From: Mobula hypostoma
Taxonomy: Eukaryota
DNA length: 64,000 bases
Direction: 5' to 3'
Assembly: GCF_963921235.1 (NCBI RefSeq)
Contig: NC_086108.1
Coordinates: forward strand, 65,970,001-66,034,000
The notes below the pieces were generated by a model, which made no database searches, was not told the DNA's origin, and saw only the letters and a list, made by a program, of their open reading frames with translations. The translations under genes were made by a program, and so were the position numbers. Positions 38,321-50,878 of this stretch are shown piece by piece (within the stretch, counting starts at the first letter, position 1; the number at the start of each line of letters is the position of its first letter).

Positions 38321-39376
38321 GAGCCAAGTTAGATACAAGGAGGTGAAATGTAGATAATCCATGTTTTTATCATTCACAGGCCACTCTTTTCACAGCACAT
38401 GGGCCGTAGTTTATTAGGTTGAGCAGCTCTGTGACTGCAAGAAAGGTTTGGGCTTTCTCATCGCCATGAGAACAGTGCAATGAATGCTTTCCAAGTGTTT
38501 ACTCAGCATTTGTCTTCTGTTTCATCAGAGGAATTAGTGACGCGGGGTATTCTGACGATCAAACGGCTTGATGTGTTATGACAATGTTCCATTAATATGC
38601 AGAATGGCATAAGGGATTATACTCAGTGCGAGTGCTTCAGGCATTTCACTGGGATATTCAGACTTTTTAAGGATGACCTGTTCACAGTCAGGGCATTGAA
38701 AATCAGATTTCCCAGGAGATCTTTTTTTTGAAAATCACACACTTGTCCAAAGCATTTAACGTCTGGCTTTGAAAACACAATATGTAGTATTTCTGTATTG
38801 TTGTCCAAATTAGACACTTTGTTTATGGTCATGTAACTCATTGACTTCTAACCTTTGGTTAAGTTTTGCCTATAGGAATGTTAATTTGGAAAGGACTATC
38901 AAACTAAAAGCTTACATGTTAAAAGCTAATTATTTGTTTAAATAATTGATAAATACTTGTTCATACTTTGCCCCAGATATTATATTAAATATTATATTTG
39001 GTATTGCATATGTAACTACCAGTTAAAAATGCTGATAATTCTGCAGTCAGCCTATTGAAATGTTACGCTTCTTTCAGGACCTCTTTAAGCATCAGTATCT
39101 AAAAAACACTTCTACAAAAGTAATAACTGTTTTGCAGATACCAGCCATCAAAAATCTCCATTGTATTTTCTCATGTTCTTTACATTTTCCCAATATTTTT
39201 TATTTCTTGGATGAAGAAATCAGTTGTTCAATACTTACCTCTATAGTTCTGAGGGAATATCTGACATTTGCCCTGGAAGGTGACCTCCATCTTCTAATGA
39301 CAAACTCACACATCCTTTCACATCTCAGCTGAGATCAGAATTCTACATATGGCACATTAGGGACAAAACTTTATTG

Positions 39377-39620
39377 GGCAGCATGGTAGTATAGAGATTA
39401 GCGTGATGCTATTACAGTGCCAGTGACCCAGGTTCAATACTACCACTGCCTGTAAGGAGTTTTTGACTGTGTGGGTTTCCTCCAGGTGCTCTGGTTTCCT
39501 CCTACATTGCAAAGATGAACAAATTAGTAGGTTAATTGGTCAATAGATATAATTGGGTGATGCAAACTCATTGGGCTGAAAGGAACTGTTACTGAGCAGC
39601 ATCTCTAAATAAAATAAACA
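39377..39620 (+). mobile_element. HE1-like V-SINE
   Basis: gggcagcatggtag head, ggttcaatac B-box, V-domain gtgggtttcctccaggtgctctggtttcctcc. Confidence 0.75.
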
Positions 39621-40245
39621 AACACTCAAGTCAACCGTATGGCACCAAGACGGAATACTTCTATAATTTGACATTAATATTCCTGCAAAATGGATTGTTA
39701 ATAATGTGGGTAATTAATAACAAATATGTTTATGTAGTTTATTTGGCAATTCACTTTTTTTCAGTTTATTCATAGAAAATTTGAATGAAATATTTACCTT
39801 AAGGAAAACATTTGGCAACTTTAATTTATTAATTAGAGCTTGGATGCAAATATTAAGTTGTGGACATGACAAAGTCTTGGTTGTCAAAATGGTAGGAATA
39901 GCTCTTGGATATTCCAGAGTTCAGATGTTTCAAAAAGGACAGGGATGGAGATAAAAGGAAGGCGGGGGAGTAACGTTGCTAATCAGGTCTCATGGTCCGG
40001 TCCATGAAGTCTGTGTTCTGGTTCATGGTCCGGTCTATGGACTCCAGACTCCGGGTCTTCCGGCTGTCCCTTGTTTCATTTGGACTTAATCATAGGCACC
40101 TGATGCTCGTCTTGGAGTTGAGAATATAAGTGGCCCTGGGTTCAAGTGTGGTTGCTGGTTCATCTTGTCAGTATCCTGTCCTTGCCTCTGTGGGGTAAGT
40201 CAGGCTGTCTTTGCTGCTACCCAGTGGTTGGATCTGTCCCTTCCT

Positions 40246-40725
40246 GTCAAATCAAGTCACTTTTTATTGTCATTTCAACCATAACAGCTGGTAGAGAACA
40301 TAGTAAAAATGAGACAATGTTTTCCAGGACCATGGTGCTACATGAAACAATACAAAAACTACACTGAACTATGTAAGAAAAAAACACAAAAACTACGCTA
40401 GACTATAGACCTATTCAGGACTGCATGAAGTGCAAAAACAGTGCAGGCACTGCAATAAATAATAATAATAAACAAGACAGTAGGCACAGTAGAGGGCAGT
40501 AGGTTGGTGTCAGTCCAGGCTCTGGGTATTGAGGAGTCTGATAGCTCGGGAGAAGAAACTGTTACAGGCCCTGATGCAGCTACTGAGGATGCTCTCAATA
40601 CAACCTCTGTAGAATGTGGTGAGGATGGGGGTTGGGAGATGGACTTTTCTCAGCCTTCGCAGAAAGTAGAGGCGCTGCTGGGCTTTATTTGCTATGGAGC
40701 TGGTGTTGAGGGACCAGGTGAACAC
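40246..40725 (-). mobile_element. Rex1/Babar 3' fragment nested in the LTR, internally deleted
   Basis: Same subfamily as 22765-23597; ORF 40510..40728 KAQQRLYFLRRL..SSCI joined to CNSFFSRAIRLLN. Confidence 0.85.
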
Positions 40726-41530
40726 CAAGAAATTTGTTCTTGCCTCTGTTGGGTAAGCCAGGCCATTTTGCTATTACCCTGAGGCTGGACTGTTCCCTTC
40801 CCCTTCCTTCTGAAGCCTTGCCCTGCAACCTTGTCAAGTTCTACCACCGGAGTGAGACCGGAACCTTGCTGTGTCAAGATAAGGAACTGTCTATTGTTGA
40901 GTTGGAACTGTCTGTGTCCACGCCTTTGCTAGGTAGGTCGGGCTATTTGCCGCTACCTAGTGTTGGGAACCGTCTCTGTGTCCACACCTGCGCTAGGCAG
41001 GTCCGGCCGTTTGCTGCTACCTAATGTTGGGAAACATCTCATTGTGTTCGGCATTCTGTGTAGAGTCCCAGCCCCAAGTCCTGTTCCCAAGGAGGGGTCC
41101 TGGCTCTGTGTTCTGTGTATGAGTCCCGGCCCTAAGTCCTGTTCCCAAGGAGGGGTCCCAGCTCTGTGTTCCATGTCCCTGTTTTCCTGTCTCTCAAGTC
41201 CAAGGCTCCGTGTTCCTATCCTCCCCAAGACCAAGGCTCTGTGTTCTGCGTTCCTGTTGTCCCAAGTCCAAGGTTCCGAGGTTCCTGTCGTCCCAAGTCC
41301 AACGCTCAACTGTTCCTGAGTACTAAGTCAAGGCTTCGTGTTCTTGTCCTGTCCATGTGCCTTGTCCTGTGCTGGAGTTCCCTCGTCTTGCCCAGGAATC
41401 TCTCGTTCTGTCCTGTAACCTCGCCTAGTCCTGTCTCCCAAGACCACGTCATGCGTTCACCGAGTTCCGGAGTCTGAGCCCGAGTCAAGACCCAGGTCCT
41501 TGTCCAGTCTCTGGCTCGGAGTCCGAACCC

Positions 41531-41722
41531 AAGCCTCATCATGTCCTCACCTCGAAGAACCCAAGCCTCATCATGTCCTCACTTCGAAGAACCCAAGCCT
41601 CGTCATGTCCTCGCCTCGAAGAACCCAAGCCTCGTCATGTCCTTGCCTCGAAGAACCCAAGCCTCATCATGTCCTCGCCTCGAAGAACCCAAGCCTCGTC
41701 ATGTTCTCACCTCGAAGTACCC
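41531..41722. repeat. Minisatellite, 6 x 32 bp
   Basis: aagcctc(a/g)tcatgtcctc(a/g)cctcgaagaaccc starting at 41531, 41563, 41595, 41627, 41659 and 41691. Confidence 0.9.
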
Positions 41723-43528
41723 AAGCCATGAAGAACCCAAGCCATGTCCAGTCCTGTAGCCACGTCATGTCCTCGCCTGGTTCCGGGGTCCGAGCCCGAG
41801 TCAAGACCTAGGTTCTGGGTCTTTGTCCAGTCTCTGGCTCGGAGTACAAGCCCAGACTCCTAGTTCCCAGTTCTTTGTCCTGGTCCCGCTTGCCGAGCTA
41901 ATGTCCTAGCCCAAGTCTGTGTCCTGTCTCGTCCCTAAGTCTAGTCCTGTCCTGTTCCTAGTACTTCAGTGTCTGTGTCTTGCGTTTGGGTCTGCCACCA
42001 CCAATGCCCCCGTATGACATCAGGAATAGTATCACAGCTGTAGAAGGGGAGGATGTTGTGGAGGGATTGTCCACTGAGTCAGTGTGGTGGAAGTCTGAAA
42101 CAGCAAAGGAGCAATTATATTGATAGGAGTATTCCACAGACTTCCCAATGGCAACAGAGATACTGAAGAGTAGATCAGGAGGCAAATTTTGGAAAGGTGA
42201 ACAAGTAACAGGATTGTTATCATGGGTGATTTCAACTTTGCTAATATTGGTTGGCGACTCCTCAGTGAAAAAGGTGTAGATGGGGCAAAAGGTCCAGGAA
42301 GGATTCCTGACCCAATATATAGATAGGCTGACTAGAGGAGAGGCCATCTGGATCTAGTACCAGGCAACAAACTTGGTCATGTGATAGACCTTTCAGTGGG
42401 TGAGTACATCAGAGTCACTGACCATGAATCCCAGTGCTTTATCACAGCCTTGGAGAGAATAGGAGCAGATGTTATGATGAAGTATTTAATTGAGGGAGGG
42501 GGCATTATGATGCTATTAGGCAGTAACTTGGGAGTGTAAATTGGGAACAAGTGTGCTCAGGGAAATGCACAATAGAAATGTGGAGATTGTTTTGGCAGAA
42601 GTAGCATAGGGTTCTAGATAGGTTTGTCCCATTGAGACAGGGAAAGGATGATAGGGTGAAATAACCATGGCTGACAGCATAGTCAAGAGGAAGAAAGAAG
42701 CATACTTAAGATTCAGGGAGCAAGGGTCAGATAGGTCTCCAGAGAGTGACAAAGTAGGCAGGAAGGAGCTTAAGAATGGACTTAGGAAATATAGCAGGGT
42801 ATATGAAAAGACATTGGTGAGTAAGATTAACAAAAACCCAAGATGTTCTACAGATGCATGAATAGGATGACTAAAGTGAGGGTAGGATCAATCAGGGATA
42901 AATGAGGAAAAGTGCCTGGCATCAGCGTCGCTGGGGGAGGTCCTCAATGAATGCATTGCTTCAGAATTCATCAGTGAGAGGGACCTTGATGAATGTGAGG
43001 ACAGTGTAAAACAAGTTGATATGCTGAAACATATTGACATTAAGAAAAAGTATGTGCTGGAACTTTTGAAAAACATTAGGCCAGGTAGATCACCTGGGGT
43101 CAGACAAGATATCCTCCAGGTTACAGGAAGTGGGGAAAGCGATTGCTTCACCTTTGGTAATAATCTTTGTGTCCTCATTGGCCACAGGAGTAGTACCAGA
43201 AGATTAGAGGGTGACAAATCTGTCACACAACATGATATGATCAAAGGGTGATGTTAAATAGGACACAGAGCCCTATTCAATAGGAGAACTTACAGTGGCA
43301 TGCAAAAGTTTGTGCACCCCTGGTCAAAATTTCTGTTACTGTGATTAGTTAATTGAGTAGAAGATGAACTGATCTCCAAAAGTCATAAAGTTAAAGACGA
43401 AACATTCTTTTCAACATTTTAAGCAAGATTAGTGTATTATTTTTGTTTCGTACAATTTTAGAGTGAAAAAAGGGAAAGGAGCTCCATGCAAAAGTTTGGG
43501 CACCCCAAGAGATTTGAGCTCTCAGATA

Positions 43529-45151
43529 CAGTTCAAGTCAGAAGTTTACATTTAAACTCAGTTTTTCACAATTCCTGACATTTAATCCTGGAAAACATTC
43601 CCTTTCTTAGCTCAGTTAGGATCACTATTTTAAGAATGTAGAATGTCTGAATGTCAGAATAATAATAGAGAGAATGATTTATTTCAGCTTTTATTTCTTT
43701 CATTATTTTCCCAGTGGGTCAGAAGTTTACATACACTTTGTTAGTATTTGGTAGCATTGCCTCTAAATTGCTTAACTTGGGCCAACCAATCTGGGTAGGC
43801 TTCCACTAGCTTCTCTCAGTAAGTTGCTGGGATTTTGTTCCATTCCACCAGACAGAACTGGTGTAACTGAGTCACGTTTGTAGGCATCCTGGCTCGCACA
43901 CACTTTTTCAGTTCTGCCCACAAATCTTCTATTGGATTGAGGTCAGAAAATGATGTCAAGTCTGGTTCATCCTTGGGAGCAATTTCTAAAAGCCTGAAGG
44001 TACCACGTTCATCTGTACAAACAATAGTACACAAGTATAAACACCATGGGACCATGCAGCCGTCATACCGCTCAGGAAGGAGATGCATTCTGTCTCCAAG
44101 AGGTGAACGTACTTTGGCGCAAAAAGTGCAAATCAATCCCAGAACAACAGTAAAGGACCTTGTGAAGATGCTGGATGAAACAGGTAGACAAGTATCTATA
44201 TCCACAATAAAATGAGTCCTATATCGACATAACCTGGAAGGCTGCCCAGTAAGGAAGAAGCCACTGCTCCAAAACTGCCATAAAAAAGCCAGACTACAGT
44301 TTGCAAGTGCACATGGGGACAAAGATCTTACTTTTTGGAGAAGTGTCCTCTGGTCTGATGAAACAAAAATTGAACTGTTTGGCCATAATGACCATCGTTA
44401 TGTTTGGAGGAAAAAGGGTGAGGCTTGCAAGCCAAGGAACAACATCCCAACCGTGAAGCATGGGGGTGGCAGCATTATGTTGTGGGGGTGCTTTGCTGCA
44501 GGAGGGACTCGTGCACTTCACAAAATAGATGGCATCATGAGGAAGGAAAATTATGTGGATATATTGAAGCAGCATCTCAAGACATCAGCCAGGAAGTTAA
44601 AGCTTGGTCGCAAATAGATCTTCCAAATGGACAATGACCCCAAGCATACCTCCAAAGTTGTGGCAAAATTGCTTAAGGACAACAAAGTCAAGGTATTGGA
44701 GTGGCCATCACAAAGCCCTGACCTCAATCCGATAGAAAATTTGTGGGCAGAATTGAAAAAGCATGTGTGAGCAAGGAGGCCTACAAACCTGACTCAGTTA
44801 CACCAGTTTTGTCTGGACAAATGGAACAAAATTCCAACAATTTACTGTGAGAAGCTTGTGGAAGGCTATCCAAAACGTTTGACCCAAGTTAAACAACTTA
44901 AAGGCAATGCTACCAAATACTAACAAAGTGTACGTAAACTTCTGACCCACTGGGAAAGTGATGAAAGAAATAAAAGCTGAAATAAATCATTCTCTCTCCT
45001 ATTATTTTGACATTTCACATTCTTAAAATAAAGTAGTGATCCTAACTGACCCAAGACAGGTAATGTTTTCTAGGAGTAAATGTCAGGAATTGTGAAAAAC
45101 TGAGTTTAAATGTATTTGGCTAAGGTGTATGTAAACTTCTGACTTCAACTG
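43529..45151 (+). mobile_element. Sleeping Beauty-like Tc1 (inner) with two right ends
   Basis: TA TSD at 43527-43528 and 45152-45153; termini cagttcaagtcagaagtttaca and tgtaaacttctgacttcaactg; 43529-43946 is an inverted copy of 44718-45151. Confidence 0.9.
43957..44923 (+). pseudogene. Sleeping Beauty-family DD34E transposase relic lacking the first ~19 codons
   Basis: [67 protein letters not shown]; one frame with stops at 44213, 44615 and 44768. Confidence 0.9.
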
Positions 45152-45297
45152 TAACTTTTACCAAGGTATCAGACCTTAATTAGCTTGTTAGGGCTATGGC
45201 TTGTTCACAATCGTCGTTAGGAAAGGCCAGGTGATGCAAATTTCAAAGCTTTATAAATACCCTGACTCCTCAAACCTTGTCCTAACAATTAGCAGCC

Positions 45298-46331
45298 ATG
45301 GGCTCCTCTAAGCAGCTGCCTAGCACTCTGAAAATTAAAATAAATGATACCCACAAAGCAGGAGAAGTCTAAAAGAAGATAGCAAAATGTTTTCAGGTAG
45401 CCGTTTCCTCAGTTCATAATGTAATTAAGAAATGGCAGTTAACAGGAATGGTGGAGGTCAAGTTGAGGTCTGGAAGACCAAGAAAACTTTCCAAGAGAAC
45501 TGCTCATAGGATTGCCAGAAAGGCAAATCGAAACCCCCGTTTGACTGCAAAAGACCTTAAGGAAGATTTAGCAGACTCTGGAGCAGTCGTGCACTGTTCT
45601 ACTGTGCAGAGACACCTGCACAAATATGACCCTCATGGAAGAGTTATCAGAAGAAAACATTTCCTGCATCCTCACCACAAAAATCAGTGTCAGAAGTTTG
45701 CAAAGGAATATCTAAACAAGCCTGATGCATTTTGAAAACAAGTCCTGTGGACTGATAAAGTTAAAATAGAACTTTTTGGCCGCGATGAGCAATGGTATGT
45801 TTGGAGAAAAAAGCGTGCAGAATTTCATGAAAAGAACACCTCTCCAACTGTTAAGCACAGGGGTGGATCGATCACGCTTTAGGCTTGTGTTGCAGCCAGT
45901 GGCACGGGGAACATTTCACTGGTAGAGGGAAGAATGAATTCAATTAAATACCAGCAAATTCTGGAAGCAAACATCACACCGTCTGTAAAAAAGCTGAAGG
46001 TGAAAAGACGATGGCTTCTACAATAGCATAATGATCCTAAACACACCTCAAAATCCACAATGGACTACCTCAAGAGACACAAGCTGAAGGTTTTGCCATG
46101 GCCCTCACAGTCCCCCAACCTAAACATTGTCTAATCATAATCGAAAATCTGTGGATAGACCTCAAAAGAGCAGTGCATGCAAGACGGCCCGAAAATCTCA
46201 CAGAACTAGAAGCCTTTTGCAAGGAAGAATGGGAGAAAATCCCCCAAACAAGAATTGAAAGACACTTAGCTGGCTACAGATAGCGTTTACAAGCTGTGAT
46301 ACTTGCTAAAGAGGGTTTTACTAAGTACTGA
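45298..46331 (+). pseudogene. Tc1 DD34E transposase relic (outer element)
   Basis: [55 protein letters not shown]; several stops and one frameshift. Confidence 0.9.
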
Positions 46332-47299
46332 CCATGCATGGTGCCCAAACTTTTGTTTCAGGCCCTTATCCTTTTCTATTATTTTGGAACTGTAAAAGAT
46401 GGAAAGAAAAAAAGGAATCTCGCTTAAAATATTAAAGAAATGTGTCATCTTTAACTTTATGCCTTTTGGAAATCGGATCATCTTTTACTCGCTTAGTTAT
46501 TCACAGTAACAGAAATTTTGACCAGGGGTGCCCAGACTTTTGCATGTCATTATATGTGCCCAAGACCTTTGCACAGTTCTGCATTTACTGTAGTTTATAG
46601 ATTTTTATTATTATGTATTGCACTGCTGCTACACATCAACAAACTTTACTGCTGGTGGTATTAGACCTGATTCTGATTCTGCATAATTCACAGTGATCAA
46701 TTCATCTTCCAAGCAGCATGTCTTTTGGATGTTTGTGCCAATCGGACACTTGTGAGGGAGGGGGGAATGCATGCACCCAGAAGGAGAATGTGTCAATTCC
46801 ACATAAACAGCATCAGATCAGTATTGAACCTGGGCTGCTGGAATTGTAAGGCAGCAGTGTTTTCTGCTGTATCACTATGCCATCCACACTTTGCAACAGC
46901 TCCAAGTACATGGAAGAATACTCTCCACTTTCATATATGAATACTGATCCAAAGATATCAGCGAATTTAAGTTATTTGGCATAAAGCAGCCTGCGACCTC
47001 GCCATGCCCAATTATCAGCTTGAAGTATGACAGCAGAACGTTACTTGGAGTATCAATACTTTCTCCCACCACCCTTCAGCCTGGAAGGACGAGCAATAGC
47101 GTTTGGTCCCAAGCACGATGTTGCTTGAGTGATAATATCTATTTTACCTTTTGCTCACTCATTGTGTCGGAGAAGCTCCTATTAATGGCAATGGCAGTTT
47201 CCTTATGCACTGCAGCTTGTGTTAAGAAGTCATTGATTGGAGTGCTGTGCAGACGCAGTAGAAGCATTCCCATGCAAGTCCAGCGAAGGGCTTTAAGAA

Positions 47300-50200
47300 T
47301 GCAGACTCCAGAAAAGAGAGGTACTGTCAAGCAGAGCAGTCATTGTGGGAGCAGTCTGAGTCAGAGCGGTAAGGCTTCGGCTCAACAAGCCTTCAGTGAG
47401 AACAGGCGAAGGGAAGGTGAGAAGATAAGTAAAACAATAAAACATGAAATCTTTCAAGGAGGGTGATGGTCATTGGTCTCTAAGGTGCCAGGGTTTGCGG
47501 TGTTTCTGAACACGTCCGCAACATCCTGAAATGGGTGGGTGAGCAGCCAGAAGTCATGGTACGTAATGTATTTATACCAATGACATAGATAGACAAAGGG
47601 AGGAGGTCCTGAAAAAAGAATACAGGGAGTTAGGAAGGAAGCTGAGAAGCAGGACCTCAAGGATTGCTGCCTTAGCCATGCTACAGTGAGTATAGGACTA
47701 GAATAGTGTGGCAGATTAATGCGTGGCTGAAGAATTGGAGCTTGGGCAGGGGTTCAGCTTTCTGGATAATTGGGACCTCATCTGGGGCGGGTGGGACTTG
47801 TACAAAAGGGATGAGTTGCACTTAAATCTGAGGGGGAACAATATTCTTGTGGACAGATCTACTAGAGCTATTGGGAGTGGTTTAATCTAATACGACAGTG
47901 GGATGGGAATCAGTATGATAGACCTGAAGATCAGCCAGCAGGCTTAAAAATAGATGCTGGATATAATATGAATGTAAGGAAGAACAAGTCAATGATTGGG
48001 TACAAATGCAGACAGAGCAAAGAATTAATTTCTACTACAGAGGCAAAATACAAAAGAATGAAGAATGCAGGACTGAAGGTGTTGTATTTAAATACGTGTA
48101 GCATTTGGAATAAGGTGGATGAACTCGTGGTGCAATTAGAGATTGGTTGGTATGACGTTGTGGGCATCACTGAATCATGGCTGAAAGAAGGCCATAGTTG
48201 GGATCTTAACATGAAAGAATATACTGTGTATTGAAAGGACAGGCAGGGAGGCATGCATGGTGGTGTAGTTCTTTTGGTAAGAGATGGAATTACATTTTTA
48301 GAAAGAAGTGACATAGGGTCAGAGAATGTTGAATCTTTGCGGATGGAGTTAAGAAACTGCAAGTGTAAAAAAACATTATGAGAATCATATATGTACAGGT
48401 CTCCAAATAGTAGCCAAGATGTGGGGTTGAGATTGCAAAGGGAGCTGGAAAAGGCATGTAATAAATGTAATGTCATAATTGTAATGGGAGACTTCAATAT
48501 GTAAAGGAATTGAGAAAATCAGGTTGGTGTTGGATCACAAGAGAGAGAATCTGTTGACTGCCTATGAGATGGCTTTTTAGAGCAGCTTGTGATTGAGCTA
48601 CTTGGGGAAAGGCTACCTTAGACTGGCTGTTGTGTAACAACCCAGATCTTATTAGGGAACTTAAGGTAAAGGAAACCTTAGGAGGCAGTGATCATAGTAT
48701 GATTGAATTCATACTGCAATTTGAGAGGGAGAAGCTTATGTATCATGTATCAGTATTGCAATGGAAAAAAAGGGAATTAGAGGCATGAGAGAGGAGCTTG
48801 CTCTGGTGGATTGGAGGAGGATGCTGGCAGGGATGATGGCAAAGCAGAGATGGCTGAAGTTTCTGGGAATAGTTTACAAGGTGTAGGATAGATACATCCC
48901 ACAGAAGAAGAAGTTCTCAAATGGCAGGGGTAGGCAACCGTGGCTGACAAGGGAAGTTAAGGACTGCATAAAAGCCCAAGGCATATAAGGTAACAAAAGT
49001 GAGTGGGAAGTTGGCTGATTGGGAAGCTTTTAGAATCCAACAAAAGGCAACTAAAAAGGCTATAAGAATGGAAAAACTAAACTATGAGGGCAGACTAGCC
49101 AATAATATAAAGCAGGATACTAGAAGTTTTTCCAGTTATATAAGGAGTAAAAGGGGGGTGAGAGTTGATATTGGACCACTAGAAAATTATGCTGGTGAGG
49201 TAGTAATAGGGGACAAAGAAATGGCAGATGAGCTTAATGGGTATGTTGCATCAGTCTTCACCGTGGAAGACACTACCAGTGTGCCAGAGGTCTGTGAGTG
49301 TCAGGGAACAGGAGTGAGTGTCATTGCTATTACGAAGGAAAAAGTGCAAAGCAAACTCAAAAGTCTTAAGGTGGATAGGTCACCTAGATCAGATGGACTA
49401 CATCCCAGAGTCCTCAAAGAGGTTGCTGAAGAGATAACAGATTAATTGATCATGATCTTTCAAGATGGTCCCAGAGGACTGGAAAATTGCAAATGTCATT
49501 CCACTTTTTAAGAAGGGAGGAAGGCAAAAGAAAGGAAATCATAGGCCAGTTAGCCTAACTTCAGTAGTTGGGAAAGTATTGGATTCTATTATTAAGGATG
49601 AGGTTTTGGGGTACTTGGAGAATAATGATAAAATAAGTCAAAGTCAGCATGGATTCAGTGAAGGGAAGTCTTGCCTGACAAATCTGTCAGAGTTCTTCAA
49701 GGAAATAACAAGCATGGTGGACAAAGGAGAGGCAGTGGATGTCATATACTTGGATTTTTAGAAGGCATTTGATAGGGTGAAGCTGCTTAACAAGATAAAA
49801 TCCTATAGTATTATAGGAAAGATACTGGCATGGATAGAGAAATGGCTGACAGGCAGGAGGCAGTGAATGGGAATAAAGGGGGACTTTTCTGGCTGGTGCC
49901 AATGACTAGTGGTGTTCCTCGGCAGTCAATATTGGGTCTGCTACTTTTAACACTGTTTGTCAATGATTTGGATAATGGAACTGATGGTTTTGTGGCAGAG
50001 TTTGCAGATAATATGTAGCTAGGTGGTACTGAAGAAGCAAATTGGAAGAATGGGCAAAAAAGTGGCAGGTGGAATACTATGCTGGGAAATGTATGATAAT
50101 GCATCTTGGTAAAAGGAACAATAGTGCAAGCTATTATCTGAATGGGGAGAGGGCTGAAACATTAGAGGTGCAGAGGGACTTAGGAATTCACATGCAAAAC

Positions 50201-50865
50201 TCTCAAAAAGTTAATTTACAGGTTGAGTCTATGATAAAGAAAGCAAATTCAATGTTGGCATTAATTTCAAGGGGAATAGAATGTAAAAACAAGGAAATAA
50301 TGCTGATGCTTTATAAGACACTAGTCAGGCGGTACTTGGAGTATTGTCAACAGGTATGGGCCCCAAATTTCAAGAAGGATGTGTTACCATTGGAAAGAGT
50401 CCAGAGGAGGTTCAGGAGGATGATTCTGGGAATGAAGAGGTTAACATAAGAGGAGCATTTGGCAGCTTTGGGCCTGTAGTCACTGGAATTTAGAAGAATG
50501 CAAGGGTGGGGGATCTCATTGAAATCTACCAAATGTTGAAAGGACTAGATAGGGTGGATGTGGAGAGGATGTTTCCTCTGGTGGACGTATCCAGATCTAG
50601 AGGGAAATCTGAGGTATGGAGGAATTTTTTTAGCCAGAGAGTAGTGAATCTGTGGAATGCTCTGCTACAGACTACGATCGAGATCAAGCCTGTACATATA
50701 TTTAAGGTGGAATTTGATAGTTTCCTGATCAGTCAGGACATCAAAGGATATGGTGAAAAGGCAGTGTATGGGATCGAGTGGGATGTGGGATCAGCCATGA
50801 CAGAGAAGGCGGAGAAGACTCAAAGGGCTGAATGGCCTAATTCTGCTCCTCTGTCTTATGGTCTA
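47300..50865 (+). mobile_element. Long decayed CR1 LINE (ORF1 esterase part, endonuclease, RT, 3'UTR)
   Basis: GEQPEVMV..TNDI and DELHLN (SGNH-like ORF1); LKVLYLN..VGITESWL; PEDWKIANVIPLFKKG; SQHGF; FADN; tail ggcctaattctgctcctctgtcttatggtc. Confidence 0.9.
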
Positions 50866-50878
50866 AGACAGCTACTTA

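Larger units (their letters stand above)
39988..42019 (+). mobile_element. Solo LTR (probably Gypsy-type) with internal tandem repeats
   Basis: Ends tctca (TGTCA with one change) and tgaca; 5-bp TSD tcagg at 39983-39987 and 42020-42024; interrupts CR1. Confidence 0.75.
39835..43225 (+). mobile_element. CR1 ORF2 endonuclease/linker fragment split by a solo LTR
   Basis: IPEFRCFKKDRDG..GVTLLIR resumes at 42020; VIMGDFNFANIGW and LKHIDIKKKYVLELLK. Confidence 0.8.
43293..46552 (+). mobile_element. IR/DR-type Tc1 transposon (outer), full length and decayed
   Basis: TA-flanked long inverted repeats cagtggcatgcaaaagtt and acttttgcatgtcatta, with inner direct repeats near 43485 and 46340. Confidence 0.9.

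Noticed and set aside
41531..41722. 32-bp repeat array resembling CRISPR in unit size
   Set aside because: Units are directly adjacent with no unique spacers, there are no cas genes, and the array lies inside a eukaryotic LTR.
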